From an uncultured Gammaproteobacteria bacterium (GTDB lineage: Bacteria; Patescibacteriota; Patescibacteriia; UBA11705; DATKZF01), in contig CAYPKD010000002.1 in the NCBI GenBank assembly GCA_964411255.1, forward strand, positions 162,141 to 226,140: DNA of 64,000 nucleotides, read 5' to 3'. Shown piece by piece: positions 54,399-64,000 of this stretch. The position numbers and the translations under genes were made by a program. Under the pieces are notes generated by a model. It saw only the letters and a program-made list of their open reading frames with translations, made no database searches and had not been told where the DNA came from. Every line of letters starts with the position of its first letter. Within the stretch, counting starts at the first letter, position 1.

Positions 54399-55946
54399 AT
54401 GCCTAAAGAAAAAACAAAAGACCACATTGTAGAACTCCTAAAAAAGCAAATCGAAGGATTCGAGGAGGAATTAGCTGTCGAAAAAGTCGGTAAAGTAATT
54501 GAAGTCGGAGATGGTATTGCTAAAATCACGGGGCTGTCTGATGTTATGGCCTCAGAAATGCTTGACTTTGGAAATAATATTTTTGGCGTTGCCCTGAATT
54601 TAGAAGAGGACACTGTGGGTGCTATGATTTTAGGTGAATATTTTGGCATAAAAGAAGGAGATACTGTGCGAAGTACTGGAAAAATTTTATCTATTCCTGT
54701 CTCAGAAAAAATAGTCGGCCGGGTTATAAATCCGTTAGGCCAAACTATCGATGGAAAAACTCCAATACAGACGGATGAGTATTATCCGATAGAAAAAATA
54801 GCTCCAGGTGTTATTGCCAGAGAATCAGTCCGTCAGCCAGTCCAAACAGGAATAAAAGCTATAGACTCAATGATTCCAATCGGACGGGGCCAGCGTGAAT
54901 TGATTATTGGCGACCGCCAGACTGGCAAAAGTGCAATTGCCATAGATACTATAATAAATCAAAAAGGACTGGACATGATTTGCATTTATGTGGCGATTGG
55001 CCAGAAAGAGTCAAAGATTGCAAGACTTAAGGCAAAATTAGAAGAAGTGGGTGCTATGGAATATACCACTATAGTGCTTGCCGGTGCATCAGATCCATCA
55101 TCATTATCATTCTTGTCTCCCTATGCAGGTTGCGCTATTGGCGAATATTTTATGGATCAGGGAAAAGATGTTTTAATTATTTACGATGATTTGTCAAAAC
55201 ATGCTGTCTCATATCGTGAAATTTCTTTATTGTTGCGCAGACCCCCAGGCAGAGAAGCTTATCCTGGAGATATCTTTTATCTTCATTCAAGGCTGCTTGA
55301 AAGGTCAGCAAAATTGAATAAAGATCATGGCGGAGGTTCTTTGACTGCATTGCCGGTTATTGAAACTCAGGCAGGTGATGTTTCCGCTTATATTCCAACG
55401 AATGTGATTTCCATTACAGACGGTCAAATATATTTAGAATCAGATTTGTTTTATCAAGGTGTTCGTCCAGCGCTTAATGTCGGTTTATCAGTGTCCCGTG
55501 TCGGTTCAGCCGCACAGATTAAGGCAATGAAAAAAGTGGCTGGAAAGTTACGATTGGATTTAGCTCAGTACAGAGAATTAGCCGCTTTCGCCCAGTTTGC
55601 TTCTGAATTAGATGAAGAAACGAGAAAACAACTTGAAAGAGGTGAGCGAATTACTGAAATTTTAAAACAAGGACAATATGAACCTATGCTGGTGGAACAT
55701 CAGGTTGCTATTTTATACTCAGCAGTTAACGGATATTTGGATGATGTTGAAACGAAAAAGATAAAAGATTTTGAAATGGGTTATCATAAATATCTGGAAA
55801 ATGCTGGTAAAGCAGTTTTGGATAATATTAAAAAACAGAAGGATTTAACAGAAGATATTGAAAAAGAATTAGAAAGATTAATTAATGAATATAAGGGTAC
55901 AGTGCCGGAAATGCTAGTAAAGAAAGAAGATCAAGTAGAAGAATAA
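54399..55946 (+). CDS. atpA: ATP synthase subunit alpha
   Basis: [20 protein letters not shown]. Confidence 0.99.
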   Translation: MPKEKTKDHIVELLKKQIEGFEEELAVEKVGKVIEVGDGIAKITGLSDVMASEMLDFGNNIFGVALNLEEDTVGAMILGEYFGIKEGDTVRSTGKILSIPVSEKIVGRVINPLGQTIDGKTPIQTDEYYPIEKIAPGVIARESVRQPVQTGIKAIDSMIPIGRGQRELIIGDRQTGKSAIAIDTIINQKGLDMICIYVAIGQKESKIARLKAKLEEVGAMEYTTIVLAGASDPSSLSFLSPYAGCAIGEYFMDQGKDVLIIYDDLSKHAVSYREISLLLRRPPGREAYPGDIFYLHSRLLERSAKLNKDHGGGSLTALPVIETQAGDVSAYIPTNVISITDGQIYLESDLFYQGVRPALNVGLSVSRVGSAAQIKAMKKVAGKLRLDLAQYRELAAFAQFASELDEETRKQLERGERITEILKQGQYEPMLVEHQVAILYSAVNGYLDDVETKKIKDFEMGYHKYLENAGKAVLDNIKKQKDLTEDIEKELERLINEYKGTVPEMLVKKEDQVEE

Positions 55947-55972
55947 GTTCATAACGTTATAATGTAAATATT

Positions 55973-56926
55973 ATGCAAGCCGGAGCAAGAGAAATACGCA
56001 GGCGAATAAAGTCTGTTAAAAATACAAAAAAAATTACCAAAGCAATGGAAATGGTCGCAGCTGCTAAAATGAGAAAAGCTGTTGATGGTGTTTTGGCTAC
56101 ACGTGATTATTCTAATTTAGCATGGGAAATGCTTTTAAGTATTTCAGAAAGAACTGATACGTCAAAACACGCTTTATTATACCAAAGAGAAGATGTGAAA
56201 AAAGTGGCAATCATTTTAATCAGTTCAAATCGTGGGCTTTGCGGTGGATTCAATAATCAGATTTTTCAGAAGGTAGTAGAGTCAATAAAGAAGCATGAAA
56301 ATATTGATCATGAGCTTATCACTCTAGGTGACCGGGGAAGAGACGCGCTTATTCGTAATAAATATGAGATCACAGCTGATTTTCCAAAAGAAGATGTGAT
56401 CTTGTCTTCTGCGGAAATTGCCCCAATAGCTCATATGATAATTAACAATTATGTTAATAATGAATATGATAAAATTTTGATTGGCTATACAGATTATGCT
56501 TCATCAATGAGTCAAATCCCTAGAGTAAAACAAATATTACCTATAACTACTCAAGATGAATATTTAGGTGCAGTGGGTAAAAGTAAGGGAATTCATATGA
56601 CACCTGAGTTTGCGAAAGCAAAGCAGGAAAAGCACTTAACCAAAGGAGAATTCAAATTCGAATATTTATTTGAGCCGAATATTAAAAAAGCATTGGATGA
56701 ATTATTACCACGATTGATTGAAATACAGATCTATCAGGCTGTGTTGGAATCAAATGCGTCAGAGCATAGCGCGCGTATGATGGCTATGCGTCAGGCATCA
56801 GATGCGGCAGGTGAAATGATTAACGATCTGACCTTGGCTTACAACCAGGCCAGGCAAGCTGCCATTACAAAAGAAATTATTGAAATTTCATCTGGAAAAG
56901 CAGCATTAGAACAAAATAAAGTATAA
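55973..56926 (+). CDS. atpG: ATP synthase subunit gamma
   Basis: KITKAMEMV, RGLCG, RQAAIT.E. Confidence 0.98.
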   Translation: MQAGAREIRRRIKSVKNTKKITKAMEMVAAAKMRKAVDGVLATRDYSNLAWEMLLSISERTDTSKHALLYQREDVKKVAIILISSNRGLCGGFNNQIFQKVVESIKKHENIDHELITLGDRGRDALIRNKYEITADFPKEDVILSSAEIAPIAHMIINNYVNNEYDKILIGYTDYASSMSQIPRVKQILPITTQDEYLGAVGKSKGIHMTPEFAKAKQEKHLTKGEFKFEYLFEPNIKKALDELLPRLIEIQIYQAVLESNASEHSARMMAMRQASDAAGEMINDLTLAYNQARQAAITKEIIEISSGKAALEQNKV

Positions 56927-56989
56927 ATTCACATATCATGGATCACGTATCATGGATCATATGTAATTAAATTGATCCATGTCCCATGA

Positions 56990-58381
<1,392 letters not shown>

Positions 58382-58423
58382 CAATAAATTTTTACAGTAT
58401 CAATTAATATAATTTATAAACAT

Positions 58424-59173
58424 ATGAAAAAATTATTAATTGCATTTGTATTAATAAGTGTATTGGCTGCTTGCTCAGCCGCTGATGTTACTGATTATAA
58501 TAATAAATCAAGCATAGATATTGATGAGCAGGACAGTCAGCCGCAAGGCATTGACCTTAATCTAAATAATTATGTTCAGGAAACTGAACAGCCAAGTCAA
58601 AATGTACCAGTTCAGGGTGAGAAGAAAACTCAGGTTGGACCGGAAAATATTTATGACCCGGATACGTTTGATGATTTGATAAGCCAATATGACCAGGCAA
58701 GGATAAAGACAAACGCCGGTTATATCCAGATTTCTTTTTATAATGAAGATGCTCCAAAAACAATTAACAATTTCATGAATTTGGCTAAGCGGGGGTTTTA
58801 TAACGGTACTACTTTCCATAGAGTAATAAAAGATTTTATGATTCAGGGCGGTGACCCAAATAGCAAAGATGAGAACTGGACAGATGACGGACAGGGTGGC
58901 CCTGGCTACAAGTTTGACGATGAAATTAATGACAGAAAATTAGTAAAAGGAAGCGTGGCTATGGCTAATTCAGGCCCAAACACCAATGGATCTCAATTCT
59001 TTATATTAACAGCTGATGAAACACCCTGGCTTGATGGTAAACATACAAATTTTGGAGAAGTAGTAGGTGGTATGAATACAGTTTTATTGATTGCAGCTGT
59101 TGAAACAAATGCAAGCGACCATCCAATGCAGGATGTTATTGTTCAGAGTATTGAATTGATTAAATCAGAATAA
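58424..59173 (+). CDS. Cyclophilin-type peptidyl-prolyl isomerase lipoprotein
   Basis: LAAC lipobox; FHRVI..FMIQGGDP, AMAN.G..TNGSQFF, WLDGKH. Confidence 0.93.
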   Translation: MKKLLIAFVLISVLAACSAADVTDYNNKSSIDIDEQDSQPQGIDLNLNNYVQETEQPSQNVPVQGEKKTQVGPENIYDPDTFDDLISQYDQARIKTNAGYIQISFYNEDAPKTINNFMNLAKRGFYNGTTFHRVIKDFMIQGGDPNSKDENWTDDGQGGPGYKFDDEINDRKLVKGSVAMANSGPNTNGSQFFILTADETPWLDGKHTNFGEVVGGMNTVLLIAAVETNASDHPMQDVIVQSIELIKSE

Positions 59174-59204
59174 ATAAAAATACGAAATTCAAAATTTGGC
59201 TTTT

Positions 59205-59666
59205 ATGGCAGAAAAAAAAGATAATTTAATAAATTTTAAAATAGCCACACCTGAGCGTGTGGTTTTTAAGGATGAGGTAGAACAAATCACTTTACCGACA
59301 AAAATGGGTGAAATAACAGTATTGCCAAATCATATACCTTTGATATCAGTATTGGTTCCAGGGGAGATAATTGTGAAAAAGCAAAATGTAGTAAAAACAA
59401 TGTCAGTTTCTGGTGGATTTATCGAAGTGCAGGCAGAAAAGGTGGTGGTTTTGGCAGACACAGCTGAGAAAGCAGAAGAAATTGACATTAAGCGAGCAGA
59501 AGAAGCAAAAGAAAGAGCTGCAAAAGCAATGACTGAAAAGAAAATGGATGCGGTGGAATTTGCTTCATTAGCAGCGCAGATTGAAAAGGAAATGGCTAGG
59601 ATTAGAGTAGGAAGGAAATATAAAAGAATAGACCAGGTTGGCAGAACGCCTAAATATAAAGAATAA
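59205..59666 (+). CDS. atpC: ATP synthase subunit epsilon
   Basis: TPE, GE..VLPNH.P, VSGGF.EV. Confidence 0.96.
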   Translation: MAEKKDNLINFKIATPERVVFKDEVEQITLPTKMGEITVLPNHIPLISVLVPGEIIVKKQNVVKTMSVSGGFIEVQAEKVVVLADTAEKAEEIDIKRAEEAKERAAKAMTEKKMDAVEFASLAAQIEKEMARIRVGRKYKRIDQVGRTPKYKE

Positions 59667-59790
59667 CAAAATATAATTATCGATTGTCAAATTTACAAAA
59701 AATTTTCAATGATCAATTTCCGAATATTGATAATTGTACATTGTAAGTTTTTAAAAATTGAAAATTTGCAAATTGATAAATTTTATTAGT

Positions 59791-60204
59791 ATGTCACACA
59801 CATGTAAAGCCCTTCTGGTCACCTGTATGGATTTCCGTTTTCATAAAGATATTGCTAACTTTGCAAAAGAACAGGATCTTGAAGGCCAATATGATTTATA
59901 TTCAATTGCTGGAACACAGAAAACTTTTTTAGATGAAGCGACGCATGCCACAGCAATTAAACAAGTTGAATTGTCTCAAAAACTTCATCAAATGACAGAT
60001 GTTTATTTAATTGCCCACTGGGATTGTGGCGCTTATGGCGGAAGTAAAGCATTTGAATCAGATCAATCGCAGCGAAATAAATATCTTGAAGATTTACAGC
60101 AAGCAAAGAAAATAATTGAAGAACATTTTAATGGCATTAAAGTCCATAAGTATTTAGCTATTTTAGATGAAGAGGAAAATATACGTTTTGAAAAAATTGA
60201 TTAA
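59791..60204 (+). CDS. Beta-carbonic-anhydrase-like protein
   Basis: CMDFR and HWDCGAY zinc motifs. Confidence 0.82.
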   Translation: MSHTCKALLVTCMDFRFHKDIANFAKEQDLEGQYDLYSIAGTQKTFLDEATHATAIKQVELSQKLHQMTDVYLIAHWDCGAYGGSKAFESDQSQRNKYLEDLQQAKKIIEEHFNGIKVHKYLAILDEEENIRFEKID

Positions 60205-60320
60205 ACACTCGGAAACACTGGAAATCACAGTGTTTTTTGATAGGTTATTGACAATGAAAAGAGGCAATGCTATATTATTATTTGGGATAAATCCCGCTGC
60301 TTGCACAGGGAGGGAGACAA

Positions 60321-62231
60321 ATGCTAGAAGATCGCGTTGTTGGTGTAGTTGAATATATTGATAAGCTTATTAAAACCTTGAGAAGGTATATTTATGTGTA
60401 TTCAGAAATTGAACAAGCATATAGAAAAGAGTTTAAAAGAGATATGTATTCTGGCAAGCAAAGTTCTTTGAAAGACAAAATATTCCAAGCTAGGGAAAAA
60501 TTAGATAAACTGGGAAAAGAGTTGGATAGTAATAAATTTAATATGGTCAATGGTATTATTTCTCTTAAAGACGCAGTAGAAAATTTTATTTCTCATATTG
60601 AAGGAATTATTGAATATAATCCGATAAAACTTTTGGTAAAGGCTTTTCCGGAAATTAAAGAAAATGAAAATGTATGGAATATAGTGGCTACGATTACTGA
60701 AAAGCATGATTCTGAACATTGGGAAAAGTATGCCAGATTTTATAAGGCGCGTCTATATAAAGGTTTCTATACCAGCTATATGGATGAACAGCAAAATACA
60801 ATTAAGTTTAATCAAAAGCAATTGGCATTTGTAATGGCAATATTAAATAAAATTGATGGCATTATAGATATTTTTATTCATATTTACTGTAGCCCAGAAA
60901 ATGAAGGAAAAATTTCCCATAATCAAAACTGGATAAAAAAACAATTGTGTCAGAGCAGAGAAGAAATTAAACTCATTAAAGATGAAATGCTGCATAGTAA
61001 TTTTCTGACTGCAGATGATACAATTATTAGAATAATAAGTTTGCTTCATTTTTTTTCCGATACTTTCACTCCTCTTCAAGTATATAAAAATAGTGAAGAT
61101 ATTCCAGCGCAGCTGATTTCAATGAACAATGATTTGGAACGTATTGGGCAAGTAATGATTAAATTTCAAAAAAAAGTAAAGGAACAGCAGGAACTGGATG
61201 AATTATTTGGTTCAGGGATCGCTGTATCAATTGCTGCTCAGGATGATTCATCTGTTACAGAATTGCCAGCTGGAGAAAGTAAAACTGAATTAGCAATGAT
61301 TGTTGCACCTGTACATCTTGATAAAACTTATGATTCTGGGCAAAAGGCTATAGCCGTTTGCAATAAGCCTGGTCTTGAAGATATACCTCAAGAAGAAGCT
61401 TTGGAAATTCTTGGAGAAAAATATCAAAGCGAAGAAAAAGGCTGGAACCCGCTTGTCTGGCTGACGCGGCCCCAGGTTCTGAAACGATTGTTTGGCTGGC
61501 CATTTATTTTGGCATTTCTGGTTGCTATTTTCTGGTGCATTTACTATCTATATGAGTCAGTCATGCCGAAAACCGGCAGTGTAATTTTGCTGGGAACTAA
61601 ATATAAATCATCTGTTGACGCATTTTGTTTTGCTGGGAATGAAAGTGCGCTTTGTTCAGGAGTTATCCTGCCATTCAGTGTTTCCAGGTTTTGGGACGTG
61701 ATTTTTGTATTTGTTTTGCTAAGCGCATATTTTCTGACGCAAATTCTGGTAGTAATAAATGCAATTAAGAAAAAGGCAGGAGATATCTCAGCCCACTATT
61801 TCTTTATGAGAGGAGGATTTTGGTTTATTGTAACATTATCCGTATTAATGATCTTCATCATGCACATTTATTTTGGTAGAGGTATAATAATTGGTTGGAG
61901 TAATAACGTTTGCCTTTACTGTTTGCTATTATCATTGTTTTATAGCTTGATACAATATCAGGATAATGAATGGCCAAGCAGCTTTTATCTTGGAGTGGTT
62001 TTTGCAGGGTCCTTAGTTGTGGGTATATTTGATGGCGCAATATCTGGAATATTCACCATAATTCTGGCAAGCATTGCTGTTGCGTTTGGATTCTTGCTTG
62101 GCTCGATGATGATGGCAATTTGGAATTCAATAATTCATGTTTTTAGAAAAAAGAAGAATAAACCACAACAAGTTAGAGCGTTAGTTGTGATTGATAAAAA
62201 AAAGGATTTGATCGTAAAATCAATCGTCTAG
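60321..62231 (+). CDS. Hypothetical protein: helical N-terminus, multi-TM C-terminus
   Basis: 636-aa ORF, GGAGG RBS, own TTGACA-17-TATATT promoter. Confidence 0.8.
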   Translation: MLEDRVVGVVEYIDKLIKTLRRYIYVYSEIEQAYRKEFKRDMYSGKQSSLKDKIFQAREKLDKLGKELDSNKFNMVNGIISLKDAVENFISHIEGIIEYNPIKLLVKAFPEIKENENVWNIVATITEKHDSEHWEKYARFYKARLYKGFYTSYMDEQQNTIKFNQKQLAFVMAILNKIDGIIDIFIHIYCSPENEGKISHNQNWIKKQLCQSREEIKLIKDEMLHSNFLTADDTIIRIISLLHFFSDTFTPLQVYKNSEDIPAQLISMNNDLERIGQVMIKFQKKVKEQQELDELFGSGIAVSIAAQDDSSVTELPAGESKTELAMIVAPVHLDKTYDSGQKAIAVCNKPGLEDIPQEEALEILGEKYQSEEKGWNPLVWLTRPQVLKRLFGWPFILAFLVAIFWCIYYLYESVMPKTGSVILLGTKYKSSVDAFCFAGNESALCSGVILPFSVSRFWDVIFVFVLLSAYFLTQILVVINAIKKKAGDISAHYFFMRGGFWFIVTLSVLMIFIMHIYFGRGIIIGWSNNVCLYCLLLSLFYSLIQYQDNEWPSSFYLGVVFAGSLVVGIFDGAISGIFTIILASIAVAFGFLLGSMMMAIWNSIIHVFRKKKNKPQQVRALVVIDKKKDLIVKSIV

Positions 62232-62310
62232 GTAAACACACCAGGCGGTTTTTTTTATGACAACTAAAAAACAGCATCAATATGATGCAGCTTTTGTGTG
62301 TTGAAAAGAT

Positions 62311-63504
62311 TTATTTTTTCTCACGTGCTTCTATTAATGCTTCTAAAATATTCCTTGTTGCCTTGTGTGATATTAAATGAAGATTTTCCTTTGCAAATTT
62401 AATACCTTCCTGCCCGTAATTTTTTACTGCATGATTAAGTATTCTGTACAGATTTTCATATTTCTTTAGATATTGAATTTTTTTCATAGCAAGCTGGAAG
62501 TATTTCTCATTTTCAAATATTGCATCTATAACAAGGCTTCTTGGCATTCCTGGCACTAATGCTTCCCATTTTTCGAGAAGTTTTTCAAATGCCTTTGGAT
62601 CTTCTTTTGCTTTTGTGATTATTTCGTATTGCAGATAATCTCGAGGAAGTAAATCAATATTTTCTGCTGCAAAATTTAGGGTATCGGTTTGTTTTGCAGC
62701 GTGTAAAATAATTCCACGAATGTATTCTTCTTTTTTAAAGTCTCTAATTCTTTCATTGGCAAAGTCTCGGCCTTCCTTCCCACCTCTTGTCAGCGCTGCT
62801 TCAAGAACCATGAAACGTAGACTTCCATCTCTGATATCATCATAGCGCTCCATTGCTTTTTTAAGTCCAGCATCATTTTTGAGCGCATCATAACAACAAT
62901 AATATTGATTCGGAAAATTATCTTTTGCCTCTGATATTTGCCCGACATTATCCATAACAAATTCTGCGCCAACATCTAGACCCTTGCTTGATAATGCGCG
63001 GATAATTGCCTCTCTATCATTTTGATTCTGAATATCATCAAAGTGTTTTACAGCAAAGTCTATATTTTTTTTAGATCCGCTCTGTGCTGCAGCTGCCAGA
63101 AGTTTTCCTTTGGCATAATCATCATCAATCTCATAAAAATCATCTATTGCTTGTTTTAATTTTTCACCAGACAAATTTGAAACGATTTGGACAAGTATTT
63201 CTGTTTTTATAAATTCATTTTCTTCTGTTTCATAAATCTGCCGCAGCATTTTTATTGATTTTACGCTTTCATGAGCAGCCAAGGGGTTAATAATATCTGC
63301 CTTGGCATAAGTAGTTAATTCATTAAAGTGATCAATTATAAATTCATAAGCGGTTTTTTCTTCTTTTTGCGCCAAAGCCATTAGGATTTCTTGTCTAGCA
63401 TATTCATCTTGTTCTTGATCAAAAAGACTAATAAGTTCGTTTGCAGTTTTTGGGGAAAGAGGTTGTTCCTTTGGCTGGGTAGGTTCTTCTTTTAGTTCTG
63501 GCAT
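62311..63504 (-). CDS. HEAT/ARM-like helical repeat protein
   Basis: Roughly 31-aa repeats with Y.R..I...A pattern. Confidence 0.75.
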   Translation of the reverse strand: MPELKEEPTQPKEQPLSPKTANELISLFDQEQDEYARQEILMALAQKEEKTAYEFIIDHFNELTTYAKADIINPLAAHESVKSIKMLRQIYETEENEFIKTEILVQIVSNLSGEKLKQAIDDFYEIDDDYAKGKLLAAAAQSGSKKNIDFAVKHFDDIQNQNDREAIIRALSSKGLDVGAEFVMDNVGQISEAKDNFPNQYYCCYDALKNDAGLKKAMERYDDIRDGSLRFMVLEAALTRGGKEGRDFANERIRDFKKEEYIRGIILHAAKQTDTLNFAAENIDLLPRDYLQYEIITKAKEDPKAFEKLLEKWEALVPGMPRSLVIDAIFENEKYFQLAMKKIQYLKKYENLYRILNHAVKNYGQEGIKFAKENLHLISHKATRNILEALIEAREKK

Positions 63505-63607
63505 AAATTTAATTTTTGTTATTAATATTAATTATATTGTGGCAAAATATTTTTATTTCGTCAATTGCTATTAAAAAAACCGCTGAATTTGATCAGCGGT
63601 ATTTTTT

Positions 63608-63976
63608 TTATCCAAATGAAATCCAGGAAATTTTTTTAGGATTGATTTTTAGCACTATGCATATTTTGCACAGGGTAAGCATATCTGTTCTAGTATTTGG
63701 ATCTTCTGCATCTTGAATTTGCTTAAGAGTCAGTCCTGTTTTTTCTGCCACTTCATCCTGCGTTATGCCTTTTTTTTCTCTGCGGCGTATAAGAGATACT
63801 GTTGGTTCATTAGGCTCTTTAACAATAATTGCGCTTCCTTTATCAAAAATTTCTTGCATCACGTCCAGTCCAAAGATCGAATAGACATCAAAGGCAGTCA
63901 TTATCAAGCCTTTTGATGCTGGTTTATATAAGGCCAAATGATCCTGGCTTCTGACAAATAGCATAGTAGAAGTCAT
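63608..63976 (-). CDS. XRE-family HTH protein
   Basis: RR.KKGITQ.EVA.KTG......I...E pattern; start uncertain at window edge. Confidence 0.8.
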   Translation of the reverse strand: MTSTMLFVRSQDHLALYKPASKGLIMTAFDVYSIFGLDVMQEIFDKGSAIIVKEPNEPTVSLIRRREKKGITQDEVAEKTGLTLKQIQDAEDPNTRTDMLTLCKICIVLKINPKKISWISFG

Positions 63977-64000
63977 TGCCTTTTCAAGAGCGGTTTTACC

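Overview
AT-rich bacterial chromosome segment. Gene content and intergenic style suggest Patescibacteria/CPR (Parcubacteria-like); this is an inference. Housekeeping blocks: murF, lexA-dinB, a group 3b NiFe hydrogenase cluster, pgk-eno-gpmI-gpmI-mutM, uppP, manC-mltG, rsmI-metG-cvpA-tatD and an F1Fo ATP synthase operon. Main unusual features: (1) four separately promoted and terminated antisense non-coding units inside the hydrogenase cluster (21.7-23.1 kb), three sharing a double-pseudoknot fold with compensatory changes; (2) an intact tRNA-Glu nested inside a second, triply interrupted tRNA-like gene; (3) a His-codon leader-peptide attenuator upstream of a GCS2-like ligase and a deacylase; (4) four-helix-bundle and GxxExxY genes enclosed by inverted degenerate microsatellites, with matching empty sites; (5) two tandem arrays of orphan paralogues. 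No CRISPR array, rRNA, transposase, integrase or reverse transcriptase was recognised. All calls are by eye, without database searches.
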